Notes: generated by a model from the sequence alone, not told the origin. A DNA stretch of 64,000 nt from an uncultured Ignavibacteria bacterium (GCA_963701735.1 CAVPBI010000022.1:72604-136603); one strand, 5' to 3'. Counted from the first letter of the stretch, positions 50,634 through 60,908 are shown. Numbers and translations are program-made.

Positions 50634-52100
50634 TTACTCGAAGATGCCCGCGTGTTCGCAGACGATTTCGATGAGCATGACCAGCGCCCGGACGATCATC
50701 CGCGCGCGCTCGTGAATCAGCTGGCCGTGCTCGTCGGTGGTCCCGAGCCCGGGCGAGATGAAGATGTTCGCATCGTAGGCGATCGTGGGGATGATCCCCA
50801 TCTGCGACATCCCGTCCTGGAAGAGGTTGGAGCCGGCATACATATCCTCGATCGTGAAGATCGGGATGCCGAGCTTGCCGTCCTTCCAGCTGTCTTCGTA
50901 GTTGATCTCGACCGTCCCGCCGTTATAGCTCTTCGCGATCCGGAAGAACGGCTTGATGCGCGGATCGATCTTCGCGAATTCCGCCTTCACGATCGCGTAC
51001 AGGTCGTCGATGGGTTTCTTCATCACCTGGGGCTTGTCGCGCAGCACGCGCAGTGCGGCAACCTGGCCGGAGAGCCCCTCTTTGCCCGGATCCTGCGACA
51101 CGTAGGCGGCCTTGCCGTACGACGTGGTGGTGCCGTACCGTGCGCCGTGGTAACCCAGCGCGCGGCGGATCGGAACCATCGCATCTTCCTTGCCGATGAT
51201 CAGCGCGCTCGTCGGCGACCCGGTCGCCTTGTCCATGCTGAAGATCATGATGTCAGCGCCGACCTTCTTGATGCTCGTGCCGATGATCGGCATGCCCCAC
51301 GCGTTGTCGATGATGTACGGTACGTTATACTCCGCGGCAAGTTTCGCGATGCCCTTGAGGAGCTTCGGGGTGCCGTCGGGCGCCTTGTCGCCGTAGCCGT
51401 AGCCGGGCGTGTCGTACCCGAGCGACGCGAATCCGCCGAGCATGGTCTCGTGGCGCTTCGCATTCACGGCAAGCACTTCCAGCGACTTCGCGACGTTGAC
51501 GTTCTTCATCAGCGGCACGGGGTGATACTTGATGCCGTGCACGGGATACTCTGCGCCGGGGAGCGGGACCAGCACGGTGTCCAGGTTGTTCTGGCGCTTG
51601 CCGTAGAAGCCGAGCTCGCCGGCGGTGCTGCCGCGGTCAGCGAGGATGTCCTTGTACTTCGGCGGGAACGGCCGGCCGTAGGCGGCATGGTGGTGGGTGT
51701 GGCGCTCGAGCGGCGCAATGTAGCGCGTCCGGTAGTTGTCGCCGCGTCCGGTGAACGGGGGCGTCACAAGGCAGTCGAACGACGTCCAGAGCCCGGCTTC
51801 GCATGTGTTGATCGGCGCGGCGTCGTACTCGTCGCCGTAGGCATCCTTGATGATCTCGCGGATCTGGTCGACATACACGGAGAGCGGGACGACCTTGCGG
51901 GATTCCGCCGCCATGGCCTTCTCGATGTCCTCGCGGAGCGGAGACGGACAGCCGGAGATGGCGCCGGTGAGCCCGATCGCGCCCTTCAATTCCGCCGGAA
52001 TATTCAGACCCTCTGCGGCCTTTTTCGCCTCGGCGTAGATCTTCGGCGTGTTCACCTGGAGACGCTTGTACATCTGGAACTTGAACTGCGGTCGTGCCAT
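50634..52100 (-). CDS. Fold-type-I PLP-dependent enzyme of the SelA/DgaE-like family
   Basis: …GADIMIFSMDKATGSPTSALIIGKED… closely parallels the SelA PLP-lysine region …FSGDKLLGGPQAGIIVGKK…. 488 aa. Confidence 0.65.
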   Translation of the reverse strand: MARPQFKFQMYKRLQVNTPKIYAEAKKAAEGLNIPAELKGAIGLTGAISGCPSPLREDIEKAMAAESRKVVPLSVYVDQIREIIKDAYGDEYDAAPINTCEAGLWTSFDCLVTPPFTGRGDNYRTRYIAPLERHTHHHAAYGRPFPPKYKDILADRGSTAGELGFYGKRQNNLDTVLVPLPGAEYPVHGIKYHPVPLMKNVNVAKSLEVLAVNAKRHETMLGGFASLGYDTPGYGYGDKAPDGTPKLLKGIAKLAAEYNVPYIIDNAWGMPIIGTSIKKVGADIMIFSMDKATGSPTSALIIGKEDAMVPIRRALGYHGARYGTTTSYGKAAYVSQDPGKEGLSGQVAALRVLRDKPQVMKKPIDDLYAIVKAEFAKIDPRIKPFFRIAKSYNGGTVEINYEDSWKDGKLGIPIFTIEDMYAGSNLFQDGMSQMGIIPTIAYDANIFISPGLGTTDEHGQLIHERARMIVRALVMLIEIVCEHAGIFE

Positions 52101-52112
52101 GACAACATCCTT

Positions 52113-52556
52113 TCAGCGTGGTTGCGGTATTCCGTGGATCAGGATCTCATCGCCGGGGGCTAGCCCCATCTCCGCGCCCGACTTCCGCGTCTGCATCCGG
52201 ACGATGGTATTCTGGTGATTTGGCATATGTGTGTCGTCGAAACCGGCAATCGTGCCGATCTGCATCCCTTTGGCCGTGACTGCATCGCCGGCGAGAATCA
52301 CCCCGCCGTCCAGCAGCTCGACAAACGCCAGGTAGGCAATGCGCTGGACGTTCCCGCCGGGTGCGGCGTCCTGCTCGTCGGTCCCGATGAGCTCGATGAT
52401 CGTCCCGGCCGGGAAGGCCCGGGAAATGGGTTTGATCAGCTCAAGCCCGCGGTTGTCGAGACCTCCGGTGAGGACAACAGCGATCCTCGTCCGGATATCG
52501 GTCTTTGCGTGGTAGAACCCCCGGTTGACGAGGTTGCGCGCGTACGGGTCGGCCAT
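52113..52556 (-). CDS. Hypothetical small protein (147 aa) within the B12/PLP cluster
   Basis: MADPYARNLVNRGFYHAKTDIRTRIAVVLTGGLDNRGLELIKPISRAFPAGTIIELIG…. No recognisable motif. Tightly packed between the Ddh-like and SelA-like genes. Confidence 0.5.
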   Translation of the reverse strand: MADPYARNLVNRGFYHAKTDIRTRIAVVLTGGLDNRGLELIKPISRAFPAGTIIELIGTDEQDAAPGGNVQRIAYLAFVELLDGGVILAGDAVTAKGMQIGTIAGFDDTHMPNHQNTIVRMQTRKSGAEMGLAPGDEILIHGIPQPR

Positions 52557-52563
52557 ACGGACC

Positions 52564-53481
52564 TCAAACGTACCTGGTCACGAACGTGTCCACGTCGCCG
52601 TACAGGAAATCGACGACGGGAAGCTCGATCATGGTGTAGCACCCGGGCTGCTGCTTCACGGCCGCGCGGGCGGCGGAGACCATCACCTGCGCGGTGAGTG
52701 CCGGGTTGTTGACTTTCAGCTGGAACTTCATGGACTGGTTATGCGTCACGCCTGAGACGCCGTTGCGCTCCATGAGCACGCCGTGCCCCATGTCCTTGAG
52801 GGCCGACACGTCGTCCACTTCGAAGACGTAGGTTCTGTCCTTCACGAAGTACGGATCCTTCTTGATCGCGGCTTCCACGTCCTCGAACACCGCGCCGGGG
52901 GCGAGCTGCACGTACACCATCCTGCGGTGGATGCCCATCCCCGCCGGGACCGTAATGGAAATCGCGTCTTTCACTCCGCGAATCGCTTTGACGGCCACCG
53001 AGTGCCCCATCGAGAGACCGGGGCCGTAGTTGGTATGGGTGATGCCCTTCGGCGCCATCGCCTGAAACCATCCGCGCACGACCGAATCCACGCCCGGGTC
53101 CCACCCTGCCGCGACGATCGAGACCGTATTGTGCGCGCGGGCGACATCCCCGAGCGACTTGCGCAGCGCGGGGATCTCATGATGGATGTCGAAGCTGTCC
53201 ACCGTGCGCACGCCGAGCGACAGAATCTTTGTGGCGGTCGCAGGGACGATGCGCGACGGACAGGTGAGCACCGCCACGTCGATTGCGGTGAGCTCCCGGA
53301 TGTCCGACACGACCGGGATCTTCTGAAGCGCCAACGGATCCCGCTCGGTGATGACGCACTGCCGGTTGACGATATCGGGCACTTCGATGATGCCGGCGAG
53401 CTCCATGTCCGGTTCGGTCAGCACCGTATCGATGGCACAGCGGCCGACATTGCCGAATCCGACGACTGCTACGTTGATCAT
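52564..53481 (-). CDS. meso-Diaminopimelate D-dehydrogenase (Ddh)-family NAD(P)-dependent amino-acid dehydrogenase
   Basis: MINVAVVGFGNVGRCAIDTV (Rossmann). …VSIVAAGWDPGVDSV… and …TNYGPGLSMGHSVA… parallel the Corynebacterium Ddh segments TGWDPGMFSI and WGPGLSQGHSDA. Confidence 0.8.
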   Translation of the reverse strand: MINVAVVGFGNVGRCAIDTVLTEPDMELAGIIEVPDIVNRQCVITERDPLALQKIPVVSDIRELTAIDVAVLTCPSRIVPATATKILSLGVRTVDSFDIHHEIPALRKSLGDVARAHNTVSIVAAGWDPGVDSVVRGWFQAMAPKGITHTNYGPGLSMGHSVAVKAIRGVKDAISITVPAGMGIHRRMVYVQLAPGAVFEDVEAAIKKDPYFVKDRTYVFEVDDVSALKDMGHGVLMERNGVSGVTHNQSMKFQLKVNNPALTAQVMVSAARAAVKQQPGCYTMIELPVVDFLYGDVDTFVTRYV

Positions 53482-54218
53482 GAGGCACTCCTCTGAGGAC
53501 GTCGTGTGGTGGTTGCGGGCTGGTGCTCGATGTACGAACAGAGGGCCCGGCTTGCAGACTTCCCGTGCTCGCGGACGAGCCGCTCGACCTCGTCCGCCCT
53601 TGTGCCACGCAGCGCGTCGAGAATCTGCGCGTGCTCGGCGACCGACTCGTCGAGCCGGGACATGACGGAGAGATAGATGTAGTTGTATCGCAGCGCCTGC
53701 GCCCGGAGGACCCGGACAAACTGGGACAGCTTCTCGTTCCCGGAGGCGTCGGTCAGCATCTGGTGGAACTCCGCGTTCAGCTGGAGGATGCGGGCCTGAT
53801 CCACAGTGCGAGCGCGCCTGAGCGACGCGATCCTGTCATTGATGTCCTTCAGCCTCCGCAGCGTGTCTGGATCCATGCGCTCGCACGCGAGCCGCGCGGC
53901 CAGCGCCTCGAGGGCGCCCTTCACTTCATAGGTCTCGGCGGCGTCCTGTCTGGAAAGCGGTCGCACGACCGCGCCCCGGCGCGGGGTCATCTCCACGAAG
54001 CCCTCGGAGTCGAGCTGCAGCAGCGCCTCGCGGAGCGGCGTCCGGCTCACGCCGAGCTGCCTGGAGAGCACAGGCTCGCGGAGCTTCTCGCCGGCCCCGA
54101 TCCTGCCGTCGATGATCGATGCCCTGATCATGGACGCAATCTTTTCCCTCAGCGGGGCCAGCTCGGCCGCAAGGGTTCCGACGTCAAAGGGAGGCGTATG
54201 GGCCGGGGTCGTGGGCAT
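53478..54218 (-). CDS. GntR-family transcriptional regulator, FadR subfamily (FCD C-terminal domain)
   Basis: wHTH …EKLREPVLSRQLGVSRTPLREALLQLDSEGFVEM…. Helical FCD-like C-terminal domain. Start MPTTPAHT chosen. Confidence 0.8.
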   Translation of the reverse strand: MPTTPAHTPPFDVGTLAAELAPLREKIASMIRASIIDGRIGAGEKLREPVLSRQLGVSRTPLREALLQLDSEGFVEMTPRRGAVVRPLSRQDAAETYEVKGALEALAARLACERMDPDTLRRLKDINDRIASLRRARTVDQARILQLNAEFHQMLTDASGNEKLSQFVRVLRAQALRYNYIYLSVMSRLDESVAEHAQILDALRGTRADEVERLVREHGKSASRALCSYIEHQPATTTRRPQRSAS

Positions 54219-54227
54219 TGGTGTTTT

Positions 54228-54250
54228 TGTATATTGTATACAGTATACAA
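54228..54250. promoter_or_regulatory. Candidate GntR operator: perfect 8-bp inverted repeat TTGTATAC-a-GTATACAA
   Basis: An AT-rich palindrome in a 64%-GC background, about 10 bp upstream of the gntR start and in the divergent intergenic region. It matches the generic GntR/FadR operator pattern (t.GT…AC.a). Confidence 0.4.
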
Positions 54251-54458
54251 GATAACGGCTGCCGCCCGGATTGTCAAGCCCGGAGAGCCCCACCCCCTTT
54301 CGAACAGGCATTCGTTGCCTCACGTAAGGTTCTACGCCGAAGGCGACCCTGACAGGCGATGGTGTTGCGCAACCGCATGAAATTCAATATGTTGCACGTT
54401 ATATAGACACCGCCCCGCGGTGCGGGGGCCAGACCGACACCACCACTCAGGAGGGAGC

Positions 54459-55007
54459 ATGAAACGGGCAGCTCTTCTCGCGCTCGCGATCGGCATCATG
54501 GGCATTCAGCAGTCGACCGCTCAGTTCAGCGTAGGCATTCTCGGAGGGTACGGGTTCAGCGATGGCTACAAGATCGGGTTCGGTGCCCGGGCAGGTTTCT
54601 CGGCAAGCCTCCTGTATGTCGGCGCCATCGGCGTCATCCACACCGGACAGGAAGATGACATCACATCGGCTGCGCAATCGATCAACGTCAAAACCAACGC
54701 GTCCTACTACGGGGCCGAAATCGGGGTGAACATCGGGACCCTGCGCCCCTCACTTATCCTGGGGGCTGTGAACTTCAAGATCGAGGCGGGTCAGGAAACC
54801 AGCGAGGCAAAGTTCCTGCTCGGCCCGGGCGTCACGCTCTTCCTCCCGCTCTCCGAGAACCTGTTCATCGGCGGAGATGCGCGCCTGCTCATCGTCGGCA
54901 AGGACGATGCCCTGGACGTGGACAGCATCAACCAGATCGAGTCGAACTACAACAACCCGAGCGGAACGCTGGTCGCACTCTACGCGACGATCGGCTACAC
55001 GTTCTAG
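54459..55007 (+). CDS. Outer-membrane beta-barrel protein
   Basis: Signal MKRAALLALAIGIMGIQQSTAQ. Terminal …ATIGYTF with an aromatic C-terminus. Confidence 0.65.
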   Translation: MKRAALLALAIGIMGIQQSTAQFSVGILGGYGFSDGYKIGFGARAGFSASLLYVGAIGVIHTGQEDDITSAAQSINVKTNASYYGAEIGVNIGTLRPSLILGAVNFKIEAGQETSEAKFLLGPGVTLFLPLSENLFIGGDARLLIVGKDDALDVDSINQIESNYNNPSGTLVALYATIGYTF

Positions 55008-55203
55008 TGCCCCTCCAATCTACAATTGCCATACACGCAAAGGGGCCCGTGCTCGCGCCAACCAGCTGTGTCGATAGGGCAGTGCAGCACATGATAGTCG
55101 GCGCGGCACCGGGAATAGCAACCCGGAAGTAATGGTAGGCGGAAAACGTGAAGCCTGCGCGAGGCCATGCATCACCCTCGCGCAGGCTTCGCATCAATGG
55201 ACT

Positions 55204-55870
55204 TCACGGAGCGGAAAACCCGAACGAGAGACCGACGGTCAACGTGAAGAACTGACTCGCGGCAACATAGATGTCCCCCGGAATCTCGGCCTCTCCGGAG
55301 TTCTTCACGTAATGGTAGCGCAGCGCGAAGTCGAGCGACTTCTCTGTGTCCAGAGGAACCAGCATGCCAACGCCAAGGTTGAGGCCAGGCTCCACCCTGA
55401 ACGAGGAGCTGGACGAAACCTGGATGAGCGTGCCGTCCGGGTACGTGTACGTCCCCCCGTCAAACTTCTTCGAATACAGGTACACCCCGGCCTCCAGGAT
55501 CCCGTACGGTCTCGTCTCAGGCTTCGACGAAACCAGCTTGAGCCCAACGAGGATCGGAAATGCAGAAACGGCTCCGCCGACACTGTACTGCCCCCCATAC
55601 GGATTTGAATTCTGATCGTCGTTGAGCGCCTGGTTGTCGAGCCCGGTCCTGTAATACCCGAACCCGAGGTGATACCGGATATCCTCTCCTCCGCTCATCG
55701 AGAATCCCAGATTGAGGGCGAGCCCGGTCTTGTAGTAGGTGCCGAACGAGGCGGTCGGCATCATGACCCCCGCCGACACATCGGTGGTATATCGCAGTCT
55801 GTGCCACCGTGAAGGCGGTGGACAATGCAAAAAGCAGCGGCAGAAGCAAGAAAACCAAACGCGATTTCAT
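55204..55870 (-). CDS. Outer-membrane beta-barrel protein; frame disrupted near 55790
   Basis: Signal MKSRLVFLLLPLLFALSTAFTVAQ is in ORF 55517-55870. The barrel body …GLSFGFSAP is in ORF 55204-55830. Confidence 0.5.
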
Positions 55871-56205
55871 GGCGCGGGTTGATCCACAGAGTGGCTGTAC
55901 ATGATTGACGCCGAAATAACAGGAAAGGCAGTTCCAGATGCAATAACCGGGGCCTCTGCCTGGCCCTCGTTCCGCTTCTTGCCGTCACGATGCTTCCGCC
56001 CATCATTGCGGTCCCCGGCCCGGAACACGGCGCTTCAGGCGCGCGAGGATCCCCAGCATCGACGAGCATGCGTTCCTGCCGTGACGTAGTATCGTCCTTC
56101 TGCCGGCGCATCGCCTCTCCGAAATCAGACAGTACCGCCCCCAAAAAGCAAAGCCCCCCGGGGTTGCCGGAGGGCTTGTGCGATGACCGTCGTATGATGG
56201 CCGAA

Positions 56206-56823
56206 CTAAAACCAGCCCTGCATCCAGGAGATTCCGATGTTGACGCCCCAGTACGAGAAGGAGTTATCATCCTTCCCCCCGAGCGTTGTTCCCGAATCGA
56301 ATGCGTAGTTGTACCGCACCGTTCCCGTCAGGTATGTGCCGCGCGATATGCCTATCAGGAGGCCGGCCTCCGGCGCCAGGCCGAAATGCCAGTTGTCGTT
56401 GTCGAAGGAATACACCCCGATCTCGAGCCGCTGCAGGATGTAGTACGTTCCGACATTCAGTCCGAAGAACGGCCGGAAGTCGTCAGCCTTGTGCCCGAGA
56501 TAGTAGTGGGCGTTAAGGAACAGCGGAAACGAATTCACATACCGCACCTGGGTTCCCGACACAGCTCCGTTGTTCAGCTGAATTGTCTGATTGTTGAGCT
56601 CGCTCCAGACGTTCCACGAGAACGAGCCGCCGAACGTCACGTTCTCGTTCGTGAAGCGCTTGAACTCGACCCCGAACCCGCTGAGGCTTGTCTCCTCGAG
56701 GAAGTTCCCCATGCGGCCGCTCGGGAACCCAATGTTCCAGGTGATCCCGCTCAACAGTTGTTTCTGCGCGCTTGCCGTAGTGGTGAGCAACACGACGGCG
56801 GCGATGATTGCGAGGATTCTCAT
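56206..56823 (-). CDS. Outer-membrane beta-barrel protein
   Basis: Start MRILAIIAAVVLLTTTASAQ. C-terminal …GISWMQGWF. It is read through in-frame from the upstream DUF4136 ORF in the supplied track. Confidence 0.65.
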   Translation of the reverse strand: MRILAIIAAVVLLTTTASAQKQLLSGITWNIGFPSGRMGNFLEETSLSGFGVEFKRFTNENVTFGGSFSWNVWSELNNQTIQLNNGAVSGTQVRYVNSFPLFLNAHYYLGHKADDFRPFFGLNVGTYYILQRLEIGVYSFDNDNWHFGLAPEAGLLIGISRGTYLTGTVRYNYAFDSGTTLGGKDDNSFSYWGVNIGISWMQGWF

Positions 56824-56877
56824 ATATGCTCCAGTCTTCATGCCTGTGGTTGCGCCGCCGGCTACTGACCAGCGTAC

Positions 56878-57543
56878 AGATAGGGTGACTGTATGAACAG
56901 CTTGATTAATGTTGTTGCTGAGCCGGGTCTGGACCGAGGCCGGCGTGTCGCCTGTCAGGCCCGAGACTGTCCCCGACCAGACAGACCGGATCTTCTGCTC
57001 GGAGATTGTCCGGCCGTAATCCACCATGTCGATGAGCGTGGTCCCCGTCGAATACTCGTAGCTGCCGCCATACACAGGCGGGTAGTAGGGATAATACCAT
57101 CCGTACCATCCACCGTACCACCCATACCAGTAATCGTAGTAGTATCCGGTGTACTCGATCGCAAACTGACCGATCGCGACCACGAACACCGAGTCGCGGT
57201 CGATGCCCCGAATGCCGATCTGCGACGTATCGGTGAGCCGCTCGTACCCGCGCGCGATAAAGTTGCTCGCGACAAGCGACAGGACCTGCTTGTCATACTT
57301 CCTCCCACCGGAGATCGGGTCGGTCTTCGTGGTATCGTAGATATGCACAATGGTGTCGCGCATCACGAAGTACTTGAACTTCGCGAAGCTGACCTCCTTG
57401 TCGTACAGCGTCAACGCGGTATCATAGTCCTGGTAGCCCAGGTTGTAATCCTCGTAGCATGCGCTCACACCCAGCACAAGCGCGAGGGCCACCGCGGGGA
57501 CGATCCACGTCCGAAAGCCTGTCAGGCGCCGGATTGTCTGCAT
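56878..57543 (-). CDS. DUF4136-like lipoprotein with Tyr/Trp/Gly-rich tract (paralog of 4085-4648); its stop is probably lost by a frame error
   Basis: MQTIRRLTGFRTWIVPAVALALVLGVSAC lipobox, then …YTGYYYDYWYGWYGGWYGWYYPYYPPVYGG…. No in-frame stop occurs before the next gene. Confidence 0.55.
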
Positions 57544-57626
57544 ACTTCCTCCTGATTCATTCACAGCGATTCGTGTTCGATACCAAGCATTACTTCATCA
57601 GCGGGAGCTCGGACGACACCTTCAGG

Positions 57627-58102
57627 TCAAGAATATCCGTGATGACACCGCTCGAGCTGGAAAAATCTTCCCGCATCCTTCGCGCCGATCGCCCGCGACA
57701 TCTTCTTGAAGTATTCCCGGCGCAGATCGATCAGCTCTTCCCGGTTGTCGAAGCTCTGCTGCATCATGTCGTATGCGTCGTCGTCGGTCAGGGTGGAGTA
57801 CTTCTGGGAGTACTCCTTCAGCACGTCGACCGCCTTATTGCCGATCAGCGACTGCTTGTAGTCGTATTCGCGGTACAGCGGCCAGAACGCGGCGGAATCC
57901 TCGGGGGAGAGGCCGAGCGATTGATCGTAGAGCTCGACCTTGCCGGTGCGCAGGTCGGTCCGGAGCATTTCGATGTACTTGTCGACCTGGGCCTGCGTTG
58001 ATACCGACGTTTGTGCCGATGCCAATTCGGGCGCGAAAAAAGTGACAGCGAGAATAACGGAGAAATACTATGCGATGCATGGGAGGTTCCTTCTTGAATC
58101 AC
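57627..58102 (-). CDS. Periplasmic LTXXQ/Spy-CpxP-like protein (paralog B); frame disrupted in a T6 run near 58040
   Basis: …LSPEDSAAFWPLYREYDYKQS…GRFFQLE parallels 6748-7224. A putative signal peptide is encoded in a neighbouring frame upstream. Confidence 0.5.
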
Positions 58103-58735
58103 TTAGATGACAATGATGAGTCCTGCGCTGAGATCGCCCTGGAGAATCGGGACACCGGCGCCCACACTCACGCCCGCACCACCCGTACCCACGTAGAAAC
58201 CGCCGCCGGAGACGTACAGGGGCATGAGCAACCGGCCCTGGAGCCTCAACCCGAGCTTCTCCGAAAGGTAGATCTTCACGCCGCCCGAGAAATTCATTGC
58301 GGCGTAGATGTTTGTCTCATACTTGGTGTCTTCGGGGCTGAACATGACGATACCGGCGCCCGCACCCAGGAACGGCTTGGTCTTGCCCCGCCCGGTCTCC
58401 TAGACTGCGTTCAGCTGAAAGTAGTGCGTTCCGAGGTCGGTCGACCGACCGATCAGGTCGGGGTCAACGGTGGTAAGATAATAGGGCTCGAACTCGGCAC
58501 GCGAAGGGAGGTAGCTCCAGAAGAATTCGACCACCAGCTCCTTCTGGACGCGGTACCCAAGGATCAGTCCGTACTGGGCACCATCGTCCACGACAATCTC
58601 TCCCTCGTAGCCCTGAACCGACCCGCCCCACTGATATCCGAATGTCGGGGTGATTTCAATTGCCCCCTTCTGTGAAAATGCCGGCTGGGTGAGGCCGAGC
58701 AGGAGCAACCCTACGACGGGAATCGCCCGTCTCAT
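58103..58735 (-). CDS. Outer-membrane beta-barrel protein interrupted by a single in-frame TAG (58397-58399)
   Basis: Signal MRRAIPVVGLLLLGLTQPAFSQ. ORFs 58400-58801 and 58103-58345 are in the same frame and separated by one amber codon: …QLNAV*ETGRGKTKPFLGAGAGIVMF…. Confidence 0.5.
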
Positions 58736-58947
58736 TCCGCGTGTTAAGTTCATCAGTCCTCCAGGATTATTCTGCATCAGGCAAGCGGATAAGGGTAACA
58801 AGAAAACCCTGCAAAATCAAGGGATTCTTTGCCATCCCGGGAGCATGGCCCTCGCCAGGAACTCCCATGGAATCATCCGGATGAGGTCTGCCAATCTCGT
58901 GTGAACTGGGAAAAAGACCAGCCAGGATACGAACGCCCGGGAGAAGC

Positions 58948-59838
58948 TCAGAACCCGACGATGGGCGCCACAAAGACCCAGAGAAATCCCAGGCACATGG
59001 CCAGCACAAGGCAAATGCCAAGGAGGGACAGGGCCGTGCGGATGTCTCCATCCTTGACCAGGACGATCGGCCCGTACCCCGCTCCCGCGGCAAGTCCGGC
59101 GAGCGCCGCTCCGAACGGGATGACGTGATGCACGAGACCCTCCGCGATGGCGATCGATGCCGCGCAATGCGGGATCAGCCCGAAGAGCGCGGTGGCGACA
59201 ACGGCAAGGACAGGGTGATCCCAGAATACGGAGAGCTTTGCCGGAAGATTCACGAACGAGAGCGCAAGTCCGAGCGCAGCTGCGATGCCGACGACCCAGA
59301 GCCAGATGCGAAGCGTCCTCCGGAGGCTGTGCACGAACACCTCCTTGATCGGGGCACGCGTGAGCTCGGTGCGCACCTCGACGGCGAAGTGTGAGGACAC
59401 GGTTTCGTGCGGAGGCGTGTACTTCTTGTTCTTAAGGAGAAGGTCCAGTCCGTAGCCCGCCGCGACGCCGAACACGGCCTTCGCGAGAATCATCCCCCCG
59501 ACCGCTGTCCACTGATCACGGTGAGCGATGAGGACCGGCAGGGCTTCGTCGGATGTCGCAAGGTAGGTGGCGACAATCGTGCCCACCGACACCCGTCCGG
59601 AGACGAAGAGCGACGTCACGAACACCGACATGCCGCACTGCGGGAGAAGGCCCAGGGTGGTTCCGATCAGCGGGCCGAGCGCGCCCGAGAGGCCTGACCT
59701 GGCGACGAGGTCCACGCCCCGCGCATGGGAGAGGTACTCCATCGCCGCGTACAGAAGAAACAGCAACGGCACCATCGGCAGCGTATCGAGTACGGTGCCG
59801 GCGAGAATCTCAGGTATCGTTCCGCCGTGGTGATGCAT
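58948..59838 (-). CDS. Polytopic permease with two internally repeated Cys motifs (ArsP/DUF318-like?), hypothetical
   Basis: 296 aa with about 8 transmembrane helices. Repeated motifs LGLLPQCGMS and FGLIPHCAAS. Confidence 0.45.
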   Translation of the reverse strand: MHHHGGTIPEILAGTVLDTLPMVPLLFLLYAAMEYLSHARGVDLVARSGLSGALGPLIGTTLGLLPQCGMSVFVTSLFVSGRVSVGTIVATYLATSDEALPVLIAHRDQWTAVGGMILAKAVFGVAAGYGLDLLLKNKKYTPPHETVSSHFAVEVRTELTRAPIKEVFVHSLRRTLRIWLWVVGIAAALGLALSFVNLPAKLSVFWDHPVLAVVATALFGLIPHCAASIAIAEGLVHHVIPFGAALAGLAAGAGYGPIVLVKDGDIRTALSLLGICLVLAMCLGFLWVFVAPIVGF

Positions 59839-59886
59839 CGTGCATATCAGCGCCCGGGGCCGACGTTCCCGCAGCCCCGCGGGGCC

Positions 59887-60641
59887 CTACTTCGACCCAA
59901 AGCCATTTTCCTTTAGCCATTCCCGCGCCATCTCAACCCGCCTCCGGTCGGACGCCATCTGAATCGGGTTATTGATGCAGAACTCGAACTCCTTCCGGGC
60001 GTCCGCCTCCCGGTCCAGCTTTTCGTACACCTTCGCGAGCTCGAAACGATGACGAATGACCCCGGGTGCGATCTCGATCGCCTTGAGAAGAGCCTGCTCC
60101 GCATCGGGGTACCCCCCATCCGGCAGGCTTCCAAGCAGGAGGTTGGCCAGCGTCTTTTCCAGCCAGCTCACGTTCCCGAGAGCCAGGTAGAACGTGCCGA
60201 GGATGGACCAGGCGATGTCGTCGCGGGGATTCAGCTGAATCGACTGCAGCAGAAGCCGCTTGATGTCGTTGGCGAGGGCCACCTTCTTCTTGCTCCCCTC
60301 GTACATCGCGGTATTTCCGAGCGCCGCCGCGAGCCAGGTGTTGCTCTCGGCCAGCATCGAATCGATTCGCATCGCCTCACTGCGCATATCGCTCGGCAGT
60401 AAGGTAGGCCTGTTTCTTCTCCTCGCCTTTGGATACATCCCCGACGAAGACGTGCGCGCGCGCCAGGCGCCACTGGACCTGCAGGATCGTTCCGGCCGGA
60501 CCCGGGCCAGCGAATCGTATGTGGCGATGGCCGCTCTTGTAGTCCATCGTGCGAAAACGCGTCGTCTCCGGGAAAGACCGATTGGGCCGCAGCAGGGGCA
60601 GAGCAGAAGAGGAGGACGGCACAGAGGAGGATCAAACGCAT
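59887..60641 (-). CDS. Secreted TPR-repeat protein; frame disrupted at about 60400 and 60600
   Basis: Signal MRLILLCAVLLFCSAPAAAQ is in ORF 60231-60653. TPR-like helices …ILGTFYLALGN…ELAKVYEKLDREADARKEFEFCI… are in ORF 59887-60438. Confidence 0.5.
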
Positions 60642-60908
60642 AGAAATCTGCACTGGTTGTCCTGAATCAGACTATAATAGTACAAGATCGCGCTTTTTCG
60701 TGACAAACTCCATGGATTTCGAACGGTGCAGAGCACGTCACCCAGCGCAACCATGCGGGTGGGTCCCCCGGTGATCATTCCCGCAATCGGCGATCCCGGC
60801 CCCCGGAAAATGTCGCCGGTTTACTCTGAATCCTCCGCTGTTCCCGATTCCTTTTCCATGCCCGCAGCAGGGGCCGATCACGCGGGGCTCTTGATTCTCA
60901 TGAACGTC

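Noticed and set aside
7446-58399. Possibility of stop-codon reassignment (TGA or TAG recoding) suggested by two in-frame stops
   Set aside because: TGA and TAG are used as ordinary terminators throughout, for example at the gltP/nupC ATGA overlap. Only two isolated cases were found. Base-call error or pseudogenisation is more parsimonious.
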